Part shown: in pieces, positions 27,401-34,836 of the stretch
Layout of the letters: each line of letters starts with the position of its first letter
How positions within the stretch are numbered: position 1 is the stretch's first letter
IMG/VR virus record: IMGVR_UViG_3300027782_000065
Coordinates: 1 to 64,000 of that record
Source of the DNA: a virus
Lineage: Duplodnaviria > Caudoviricetes
DNA length: 64,000 nucleotides
Reading direction: 5' to 3' (one strand)
Position numbers and translations under genes: made by a program
The notes under the pieces: generated by a model
Databases searched by the model: none
What the model was told of the DNA's origin: nothing
Seen by the model: only the letters and a program-made list of their open reading frames with translations

Positions 27401-29078
27401 CTTGCAGTCCTTGAGAACCTTGTAGTCCTTGTATTCCTTGAAGTCCTTGTATTCCTTGAAGTCCTTGTATTCCTTGAAGTCCTTGAGCACCTTGAAGACC
27501 TTGATTGCCTTGAAGACCTTGATTGCCTTGAAGACCTTGATTTCCTTGAGATCCAGAACCTTGAATACCTTGAAGTCCTTGAAGTCCTTGATTACCTTGA
27601 TTACCTTGATTACCTTGAGCACCTTGAGTACCTTGAGCACCTTGAGTACCTTGAGCACCTTGAGAACCTTGAAGTCCTTGATTACCTTGAGTACCTTGAG
27701 TACCTTGAGCACCTTGAGCACCTTGAAGACCCTGAGTGCCTTGAAGACCCTGAGTACCTTGAATTCCTTGAGTACCTTGAATTCCTTGAGTACCTTGAGC
27801 ATTCTGAACACCTTGAGCACCCTGGGTGCCTTGAAGTCCTTGCCTCCCTTGAGTACCTTGAGCATTCTGAACACCTTGAGCACCCTGGGTGCCTTGAAGT
27901 CCTTGTGTTCCCTGAGCACCTTGAGCATTCTGAACACCTTGAGCACCCTGGGTGCCTTGAAGTCCTTGTGTTCCCTGAGCACCTTGACAACCTTGAAGTC
28001 CTTGAGTTCCCTGCAATCCTTGATTACCTTGAAGTCCTTGAGTTCCCTGTAATCCTTGATTACCTTGAAGTCCTTGAGTTCCCTGTAATCCTTGAGTTCC
28101 CTGCAATCCTTGAGAACCTTGAATGCCTTGAGAACCTTGAATGCCTTGAGCACCTTGAAGTCCTTGAGTTCCTTGAAGTCCTTGCAATCCTTGAGTACCT
28201 TGTAATCCTTGATTACCTTGATTACCTTGATTACCTTGAAGTCCTTGAAGACCTTGAGTGCCTTGAGTACCTTGGTTATTACTTAAAGCACCTTGAAGTC
28301 CTTGAAGTCCTTGAGTACCTTGAAGACCCTGAGTGCCTTGAAGACCCTGAGTACCTTGAATTCCTTGAGCACCTTGCAATCCTTGAGTACCTTGAGCATT
28401 CTGAACACCTTGAGCACCCTGGGTGCCTTGAAGTCCTTGAAGTCCTTGATTACCTTGATTACCTTGATTACCTTGATTACCTTGATTACCTTGAGCACCT
28501 TGCAATCCTTGAGTACCTTGAGCATTCTGAACACCTTGAGCACCCTGGGTGCCTTGAAGTCCTTGAGCACCTTGCAATCCTTGAGTACCTTGGTTATTGC
28601 TTAAAGCACCTTGAAGACCTTGTCTTCCTTGAAGTCCTTGCCTTCCTTGAAGACCTTGAAGACCTTGAGTACCTTGAAAATCGCTTAGTGCTCCCTGAAC
28701 ACCCTGACCTGCAAATTGTCCAGCAATTCCCTGATTACTTCTTCCCTGAACACCCTGAGCTCCCTGATCTCCTCCGCCAGCGCCACCACCACCTCCAGAA
28801 GCATAGGCAAGAGCACTCCAAGCAGTTGATCCATCACCAAATTTAAACTTACGAGTATCAGATTCAATACCCATTTCACCTGCAAGAAGTACAGGATCTT
28901 CATCAATCCATTCTGCTTCAGTTGCATATTTAAGTATAATATGTTGAGCAGTTAAAACACCATTAACAACACTAAGTCCTTGAACACCACCAGTTCCAGT
29001 GACAGATAGACTATCAACCTCTAAAAAAGAAACATCTTCTGGAGGTCTGTCGGTGTAATAGACTTTAATTCTAGTCAT
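24408..29078 (-). CDS. fibre protein: Mtd_N-like domain, collagen-like GxQ tract and pectin-lyase-like domain
   Basis: EWIDEDPVLLAGEMGIESDTRKFKFGDGSTAWSAL; roughly 700 aa of GxQ repeat; IYVSQNGND...SIKSAA...GDTIKVFPGVY. Confidence 0.8.
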   Translation of the reverse strand: MTRIKVYYTDRPPEDVSFLEVDSLSVTGTGGVQGLSVVNGVLTAQHIILKYATEAEWIDEDPVLLAGEMGIESDTRKFKFGDGSTAWSALAYASGGGGGAGGGDQGAQGVQGRSNQGIAGQFAGQGVQGALSDFQGTQGLQGLQGRQGLQGRQGLQGALSNNQGTQGLQGAQGLQGTQGAQGVQNAQGTQGLQGAQGNQGNQGNQGNQGNQGLQGLQGTQGAQGVQNAQGTQGLQGAQGIQGTQGLQGTQGLQGTQGLQGLQGALSNNQGTQGTQGLQGLQGNQGNQGNQGLQGTQGLQGLQGTQGLQGAQGIQGSQGIQGSQGLQGTQGLQGTQGLQGNQGLQGTQGLQGNQGLQGTQGLQGCQGAQGTQGLQGTQGAQGVQNAQGAQGTQGLQGTQGAQGVQNAQGTQGRQGLQGTQGAQGVQNAQGTQGIQGTQGIQGTQGLQGTQGLQGAQGAQGTQGTQGNQGLQGSQGAQGTQGAQGTQGAQGNQGNQGNQGLQGLQGIQGSGSQGNQGLQGNQGLQGNQGLQGAQGLQGIQGLQGIQGLQGIQGLQGSQGLQGTQGLQGIQGLQGSQGLQGMQGSGSQGSQGLQGSQGSQGTQGSQGIQGSQGLQGTQGLQGSQGLQGTQGLQGSQNAQGTQGLQGSQGLQGMQGSASQGTQGLQGAQGLQGAQGLQGAQGLQGMQGSGSQGTQGLQGAQGAQGTQGLQGAQGLQGAQGLQGTQGAQGTQGLQGTQGLQGTQGRQGTQGLQGTQGRQGTQGLQGTQGSNISESFKVQNDQSNELRYIGLSTASSGSISTIFVSSEKLVFNPSTGSIGIGTTVITNTLTVVGTATATDYYGSGATLVGIVTQIVAGIGVTLDPVNGKGRVQVYSYSPIGKTIYVSQNGNDSYTGLAENYPKRSIKSAAGIASSGDTIKVFPGVYVENNPIILEKSVSVEGAELRNCIVTPQNSGLDLFHVNNSCHVTDLSFVGPDSTNGASVIAFRPLSGVSSNRFFDGARMIRMNLDFIASETVGYLTSTDYRNPAFSIGVSTSDIKSVLKAVCFDITRGGNSKSVGAGKTYYTDAGVLQYIVGIKTETMDALTYAAGIARSCINNVSFTKPGGGNYRNYTQIKDLSMQSDGAYGNQSLSGCANVVSAIYSCVGVVTTIIRDGLGALGGAGINTTYPTAYDGLTNNNWSATKIGGNTYSPGVGPITQGPYIRNCTNFIPKSIGLKVNGFEAEPGDQDDIGVTGSMSLDSYTQYNQGGIGASITNGAYAQLVSLFTICDDIAVYTAGGGQCDITNSNASFGNYGLYSNGIGDASSRSIYRYSGIVTQTASQGTDTLIISGIASNRPYDGQAVYFDKLYYSILRIDVTNGGSGYTSVPIVTIDAPTGPSGIRAEGSANISGGKVTSIDIISSGSQYLTNPNIQITGGEGSNAAASPVLDPIYYGIESATLPNAGISTIVLTQNLNNTVSAGSTAYFSRLSLQLATSISLEWVGSGTNINTAKPALGGVSIQDNEVYKVNGGQVIYTSTNQSGNFQIGDDVIINQLTGTISGRAFSQSLLNTVTPLIIALGN

Positions 29079-29080
29079 TG

Positions 29081-30031
29081 TTATGTTGTGGTATTATATG
29101 GATAATAAAAACTATAAGGATTATTTAATGAATTACTAGAATTTACAAATTCTTCAGTATTTCTATTAGATATTGCTGCCATACCAGAAGATGCATATTC
29201 CCTATTATCTCCAGGATAATCATCATAAGTTCCTTCATATTCTGGAATATTTTTTCCAGTATCTGCTCTTTCACCATAAACAGTATAATAACAATTAATT
29301 GTAGAACCAGAATTATTTTTAATTAAAATTCTAGTTCCCCATTCAATTTTATCAACATATAATTCTTGATGTGCTGCAATCGGAGTCAAATTTACAGTAA
29401 TCGTTTCGGGATCAACTAAATTTTTCCAATATTCTGGAAGTTCAATTACGTTTGAACCCTTAAGTTTTCCTCTCACATATACATCTGCCGTTGGACCTTC
29501 AATACAAACGTGTCTCAATCTCCATCCACTTTTTGTTGGATGTGGAATATCAAATGGTTTTTTTGCAGTCCACTCTGCAGCTTTTGCAAACCAATCCAAA
29601 CCACCAATATTAATACTCATACCTTCTATTGTTACTTTCAATCCTTCAACACTTACACCCGTTGCACCAGTAATGAAAGCTTTATCGGTAGTAACATTAA
29701 AACTTCCAGTATTAAAAGATGCAGTTGTCGTACTACAATCCATTAATGCGCCAGAAAGTTGAGTGTGACCTAATACAAACATAGAACCATTCTGATTATG
29801 AACTCCAGTAAATGTAGAGGCACCAGCAAGCACTTGTGAAAGTGGTGCTGTTGGAGATGGTCCTACAGCAAGTGAGGCAAGTTCAAGTCCAGTAACTTTT
29901 CCAACAGAAATATTATATAAATTACAATATCCACTTTTATAAAAAGTAGTGGGAAGATCCACAGAAGCCCCAAATAAGGAATTGACTCCTTCTATATTTC
30001 CAAATGCTACTGAATCAAAATAATGCGTCAT
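29081..30031 (-). CDS. baseplate/fibre-associated protein with chaperone-like C-terminal domain
   Basis: KPFDIPHP...LRHVCIEGP..DVYVRG...IELPEYW...ITVNLTPI. Confidence 0.65.
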   Translation of the reverse strand: MTHYFDSVAFGNIEGVNSLFGASVDLPTTFYKSGYCNLYNISVGKVTGLELASLAVGPSPTAPLSQVLAGASTFTGVHNQNGSMFVLGHTQLSGALMDCSTTTASFNTGSFNVTTDKAFITGATGVSVEGLKVTIEGMSINIGGLDWFAKAAEWTAKKPFDIPHPTKSGWRLRHVCIEGPTADVYVRGKLKGSNVIELPEYWKNLVDPETITVNLTPIAAHQELYVDKIEWGTRILIKNNSGSTINCYYTVYGERADTGKNIPEYEGTYDDYPGDNREYASSGMAAISNRNTEEFVNSSNSLNNPYSFYYPYNTTT

Positions 30032-30043
30032 AATACTATCCTC

Positions 30044-30643
30044 CTAAATTATTGAAACACTTCCACAAGATTTTGTTAAACCTTCAATCAAAGCTCCCCA
30101 GTTTCCGGCAACAAGATTTTTAATTGCAGAAACTGCGGTTACTGGACCAAATGCTTTTAAATCTCCAGACATATTAATAAAATTTCCACTTACAATATTT
30201 ACACCTGCTGTTCCATTAATACAAATCCTAGTTCCGGCAAGGCGAACCTCTTCGGTGGAAGCCAAAACAATGTATCCATTAGAAGTTAGTAAAAAATTTC
30301 CTTCTGGTGATGTTCCATTTGTTTCCATTAAAATATTTTTCGCTATCAGTTTAATATTTCCTTTTTCGGCATTTATAACAATATCTCCAGAATGGGCAGT
30401 TATTGATCTTGCAATTGCTTCATTTTGTTTAGGATTTTTACCTAAACCAGAAACTTCTTTCCAAGCTCCTTCTATGTGTTCGGTTTTATTGCCGTTTTTA
30501 TAATGAGCAATATGATTTCCTCCACCCCCAGTAATAATAGTCAGATCTCTTCCATCATCCTCTTTATCGGATCCTATTGGACCACAATGTATAAGAGCGT
30601 GTGGATTATTTGCAAGGGTAAAATCTGGTGCTGGGTTTGCCAT
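30044..30643 (-). CDS. baseplate hub/spike-associated protein (gp5 C-terminal beta-helix-like)
   Basis: Beta-strand repeats such as ITAHSGDIVINAEKGNIKLIAKNI; position downstream of the gp5-like genes. Confidence 0.55.
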   Translation of the reverse strand: MANPAPDFTLANNPHALIHCGPIGSDKEDDGRDLTIITGGGGNHIAHYKNGNKTEHIEGAWKEVSGLGKNPKQNEAIARSITAHSGDIVINAEKGNIKLIAKNILMETNGTSPEGNFLLTSNGYIVLASTEEVRLAGTRICINGTAGVNIVSGNFINMSGDLKAFGPVTAVSAIKNLVAGNWGALIEGLTKSCGSVSII

Positions 30644-33015
30644 TATCTAGTAATACAATCTATAACTTGGACTAATTTCTGTGGACCAATTGCTGATAAT
30701 TCTAATTGTTTTTCAGTAATAAATTGTCCAATAGGAGTGAATTTAAGATTCAATCTAAACCTTGCTCCTACGCCAGTATCACTATTTATTACCATATCAG
30801 GAATGGTGACAAATCCATATCCAGGAGAAATAACTTTTACATTAACAATTTGACCTGTAGGTGTAAGTTCAAGTTCAAAATCTGCCCCATTATTTCCTCC
30901 AATTATTTCGACAGTATCTTCTGGCAAATATCCAGTCCCAGTATCATCAATTATGATGACATCATCAATTTCGGAAATGGCATCATTTGGATTATATTCA
31001 TTTACATTAGGAGTTTCGCCACCAGCACCAATATCAGCAGGAACACCATCCCCAGGATCAACAATACCACCTTCACCATCAATACCACCAATATCCGGAG
31101 GTACTAGCAATGATCCAGTACTCACTTTCTTTACTATTTCAACAGAAATTGTATTAGTAACAACTCTTTGACCGATAGGAGCATTTGAATTTTCTGCGGT
31201 TAAAGTATATGTTTGAAATAACTTACTCCCATCTGCAGGAAATTTTAAATCTGATGGTACAACAAAAGATATTGCCCCATCAAAAGGAACCGTTTCAAAT
31301 CCAGGAATATTAAGAGAGACTTTTGTTGTGTTTGATGTTTGCCAGTTGAGTGTTAGTACATCACCCAATGATAAAACTTTTGGATCTGGCTCAAACAAAT
31401 CAATTGTTGGAGGATTTGCATTTATATCCGCATTGAGATTCTGATCTTTAGTCACAACAGTAATTTCCAAATCTCTAGTTACAATTTGATCCTCGGATTT
31501 ATCATTTTTATTTTTTGCAGTAAGTGTATATGTTACTTTTGCTTCTGTTTCACCCGGAGCAAAGTAGACGTCCTCCTCATAAATTGGTAAAGATATTGAT
31601 TGGACGGGTGAAAGATCACTATAACCAGGAACATTTAATGAAATTTTTGATGCATTTCTAACATCCCAAGATAAAATTAATGCTGTTCCAACAGTGATTG
31701 GATTTGGAGATCCATCAAAGGAATTAATAATTGGGGGACCACCATTAAACTTGTCACTATAACCATATCCCGAACCAATAATAATAATTTTTTCAACTTC
31801 ACTTTTATTATCATTATTTGGATCAGGTGGTCCTAAAACGGAATATGCGGATGCATTTACTCCACAACCCGCAGGATCCACAATTGAAACAAAAGGTGGC
31901 GAAGTGTATCCAGTACCTTTAAAGAATAGGTTGGCACCAATCACTTGCCCGATAGAATTGACAACTGCACCCGCAACGGCACCAGAACCTCCACCGCCAA
32001 AAATTTGAATCTGAGGAATGCCACACTCAAAAGATCCAGAATAACATCCACCAGGAGATAAGTATTCTTCATCTCTTGGTCCAAAGAAATCATTCATCCA
32101 ACCTTCAACATTCTTATTATTAATTACATTTGAAATTTTTAAAAAACCAAAATCAAGTTTTGAATCTTTTTCAGATTCTTCGGATCCTCCAGTTTTATAT
32201 TCCTTTACTTCTGGACATTTTGGTCCTTTACATAAGAACCCCTCAAATCCAAGAACAAAATCTATTGCTTGAAATACCGATGCAGTAATCTGACTAACAC
32301 CCCCCAAAACTTGATTAATTTGAGCAAAAATTGGATCCAATGCTCTCTGAATATCATTTGCAACTTTGTTTAAGAGAGCATTGACAAAATTCTCTGCGGC
32401 ACATAAAGGGGCATTGATAATTTGCCCAACCAAAGAGTATAAAAATTCTGCAACCAATTTAGCAAGATTGGCAATAATCTGTTCAAACTTACAAAAAAGT
32501 TGATCTATAAGTGTCTTCAAAACACCACTCTTAATTTGTTTAAGTAGTGGTGGTAAGATCATATTTAATATGTCTTCTATACCTGCTCGTATTTTTTTTA
32601 AAATCCATTCCCTAATTCTTTGAACAATACTACGCATAGCAGATGCTATTACTTCTATTGTGGAACGAATTTCTCCCTCCAAATCTTGAATGGCATTGAT
32701 TGCTCCATTAATGTATTTGTCTGCAAATTTCTTAACTTTCTTTAAAAATTTAAACAATCTTTGAAGAGCTCTATTAATCTTAGAAAACTTATCCTTACCA
32801 CAAGGATCTCCAGTACTATAAGACACCTCACAATAACCATTATTCTTTTCAAGTGCAGCAGTAAGTGCTATTTTTTGGCGTATTGCAATTACCTGTTCTT
32901 CAGTGACTGGGCCACCACCCAATTTAATTCTTGCCTTTTCATCAAGTTCTTTTTGAACTTCTTTTGTAAATTGAGTTAGATCAGAATTAATAGCATCTGA
33001 ATTTTTTTTTGCCAT
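30643..33015 (-). CDS. cyanophage-type gp5-associated baseplate hub protein
   Basis: Coiled N-terminal half, then FGGGGSGA...G.GY..PPFVSIVD.CG, ending LVQVIDC; directly follows the gp5 OB-fold gene. Confidence 0.7.
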   Translation of the reverse strand: MAKKNSDAINSDLTQFTKEVQKELDEKARIKLGGGPVTEEQVIAIRQKIALTAALEKNNGYCEVSYSTGDPCGKDKFSKINRALQRLFKFLKKVKKFADKYINGAINAIQDLEGEIRSTIEVIASAMRSIVQRIREWILKKIRAGIEDILNMILPPLLKQIKSGVLKTLIDQLFCKFEQIIANLAKLVAEFLYSLVGQIINAPLCAAENFVNALLNKVANDIQRALDPIFAQINQVLGGVSQITASVFQAIDFVLGFEGFLCKGPKCPEVKEYKTGGSEESEKDSKLDFGFLKISNVINNKNVEGWMNDFFGPRDEEYLSPGGCYSGSFECGIPQIQIFGGGGSGAVAGAVVNSIGQVIGANLFFKGTGYTSPPFVSIVDPAGCGVNASAYSVLGPPDPNNDNKSEVEKIIIIGSGYGYSDKFNGGPPIINSFDGSPNPITVGTALILSWDVRNASKISLNVPGYSDLSPVQSISLPIYEEDVYFAPGETEAKVTYTLTAKNKNDKSEDQIVTRDLEITVVTKDQNLNADINANPPTIDLFEPDPKVLSLGDVLTLNWQTSNTTKVSLNIPGFETVPFDGAISFVVPSDLKFPADGSKLFQTYTLTAENSNAPIGQRVVTNTISVEIVKKVSTGSLLVPPDIGGIDGEGGIVDPGDGVPADIGAGGETPNVNEYNPNDAISEIDDVIIIDDTGTGYLPEDTVEIIGGNNGADFELELTPTGQIVNVKVISPGYGFVTIPDMVINSDTGVGARFRLNLKFTPIGQFITEKQLELSAIGPQKLVQVIDCITR

Positions 33016-33020
33016 GTCTA

Positions 33021-33509
33021 CTATTTTCTAAAAAATTTGAAATCAACTGGAGCATTTGTCTGATTTGAGCGATTTGATTTTACCAAAACTAGATATTGTG
33101 CCGGAGTTAAGGAACCAAACCAATTTAAAGTTGTTTTATATTCGCTACTTTCACCATTTTTTACCTGACTTCCAGTAATATTATAAGAAGGATCAGTTCT
33201 TCCCAGAACACCAATAATCATAGGTTTTTCATAATCATCATCAAGAAAGATACCAACTACCCATTCACCACCAACAATTCCAGTACTCATTTTATTTAGA
33301 GACCCATGAGAAGTGTGGCGAAGAACAATTGCCCAGGGCAAATCTTTATCTTTTAATATAGATCCTTCTGCAGGTTGATATCCCATAATACGAACCTTAA
33401 CTCTATCGGCCCATCCTTCAGGATTTGTTTTATTTTCAGTTTGATCTAATGGAACTTGTCCAATAAACCAACGAGGTGGATTTTTACCAAAAAAACCTGG
33501 TTTAAACAT
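33021..33509 (-). CDS. gp5 N-terminal OB-fold (baseplate hub)
   Basis: WFIGQV...RVKVRIMGY...LPWA...GEWVVGIFLD...PMIIGVL. Confidence 0.8.
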   Translation of the reverse strand: MFKPGFFGKNPPRWFIGQVPLDQTENKTNPEGWADRVKVRIMGYQPAEGSILKDKDLPWAIVLRHTSHGSLNKMSTGIVGGEWVVGIFLDDDYEKPMIIGVLGRTDPSYNITGSQVKNGESSEYKTTLNWFGSLTPAQYLVLVKSNRSNQTNAPVDFKFFRK

Positions 33510-33516
33510 TTGCTAA

Positions 33517-34836
33517 TTATCCTCCACCTGTATATAGACCATAAGTATCACGAACTAATGTTAATGATGTAAAGGATCTTTTTGTATCAAAAGAGTGGCA
33601 GAGATGCATAATTAAATACTTTCCACTCTTAGATTCTTCAATAGAACCCTCTGCCTTATTTCCGAAAGTTGTTTTTTCAAATTCACAAATTATATTATCC
33701 CCAGCTTTTAACTTCGGATTACAAGGAATCATCATAGTCAAAACTTGAGTCATCAATAGATTATATCTCATTACTGCCTTTGCCTGATATTCTCTAGGAT
33801 CGTTGTTGATTTTATTACTAATTCCAATTTCCATATTTCCAGGATCAAGTATAAAATGATGTGTTCTGGTGAAGGCATCTTTTGCATCAAATTCTCCAGG
33901 ATACTCTGGTTCTGATCCCAAATTTATTAAACCTGCCTTAGATAATGAGAGATAAATTTCAGTATATTCAAAATTATATGGATTAAAGAAAACATTTTTT
34001 GTTTTATATGAACCAGTCTGCAAAGCATTTAACATATTATGATCTTTTTGAGAACTATATGAATAAATTCTAAAGTCATTATCATCATTATCATAACTAG
34101 TTGTCGCAACTCCATAATATTGATATGTTGCTACAGGAGAAGCACCAATTAAACTATCAATGGATCTGAAATTAAATCCAACTCTATTCTCCCAAAATAA
34201 AAATCCAGCAGAACCTTGAACAGGAATTGATTTAGAGCATAAAGAATTAATTAGTGAAAATGGAGATCTACTAGATCCAGTAAATGCATATGAATTTTTA
34301 GTTTTTTCTACAGTAAGTTTATTTGAAGGAACATTTAATTCTTTAGTAAGAATTTGATTTACAGTCTCTCCAATATTATTGTAATACTTCTTATAAAGTG
34401 TTGCCGTTTCATTTTCAATTGCTGCTCTTGATGATAAGGACAGCATTGTTGCTTGGCGCAATGATTCTTGAGTTGGTGTTGTTGCGGCAATTACATATAA
34501 TGGATATGACCTAAAATCAAGTTTTCCCAATTTACTGTTTATAATAAATTCAAATTTTTCATTTCCCCGAATTGGAAGAGATGATGTAAGTGTTCCTGCT
34601 CTTTCAGAAACGTCCTCCGATTTATTAGCACTTACTGCATTACCCAAATCAGTATAAATTATGTTTGCGGTTACATTTGGATGGAAAAGACTTTCATAAT
34701 ATGAAAAATTATTAATGGTAATTTTCTTATCTAAATTTACAAAATTAACTCTTTCACCATTTTTATCAATGGTCATATGTTCATACTTTGATGCTTCCGA
34801 TGCGTGTTTTGTGCTCATATTATGCTGATACGACAA
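33517..34836 (-). CDS. baseplate hub/tail protein (gp27-like)
   Basis: YYESLFHPNVTA...FLFWENRVGFNFRSIDSL...LKAGD...SGKYLI.HLCH...LTLVRD. Confidence 0.7.
   Translation of the reverse strand: MSYQHNMSTKHASEASKYEHMTIDKNGERVNFVNLDKKITINNFSYYESLFHPNVTANIIYTDLGNAVSANKSEDVSERAGTLTSSLPIRGNEKFEFIINSKLGKLDFRSYPLYVIAATTPTQESLRQATMLSLSSRAAIENETATLYKKYYNNIGETVNQILTKELNVPSNKLTVEKTKNSYAFTGSSRSPFSLINSLCSKSIPVQGSAGFLFWENRVGFNFRSIDSLIGASPVATYQYYGVATTSYDNDDNDFRIYSYSSQKDHNMLNALQTGSYKTKNVFFNPYNFEYTEIYLSLSKAGLINLGSEPEYPGEFDAKDAFTRTHHFILDPGNMEIGISNKINNDPREYQAKAVMRYNLLMTQVLTMMIPCNPKLKAGDNIICEFEKTTFGNKAEGSIEESKSGKYLIMHLCHSFDTKRSFTSLTLVRDTYGLYTGGG

Noticed and set aside
21031-28846. Many long alternative-frame ORFs (LEHLEY..., KVLKVL..., STLSTL..., up to 692 aa)
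   Set aside because: They are by-products of the 9-bp GxQ repeat, which lacks stops in several frames; no RBS or independent coding signal was seen
20927-29078. CRISPR array or satellite interpretation of the repeats
   Set aside because: No constant repeat with unique spacers; the repeats are in-frame collagen-like coding sequence
24408-29078. Diversity-generating retroelement suggested by the Mtd_N-like domain
   Set aside because: No reverse transcriptase and no TR/VR pair differing at adenines in this window; the C-terminus is not C-type-lectin-like
30643-33509. gp5 split into separate OB-fold and body genes as a novelty
   Set aside because: Both ORFs are intact and adjacent, and divided gp5 regions are, to my knowledge, usual in cyanomyoviruses
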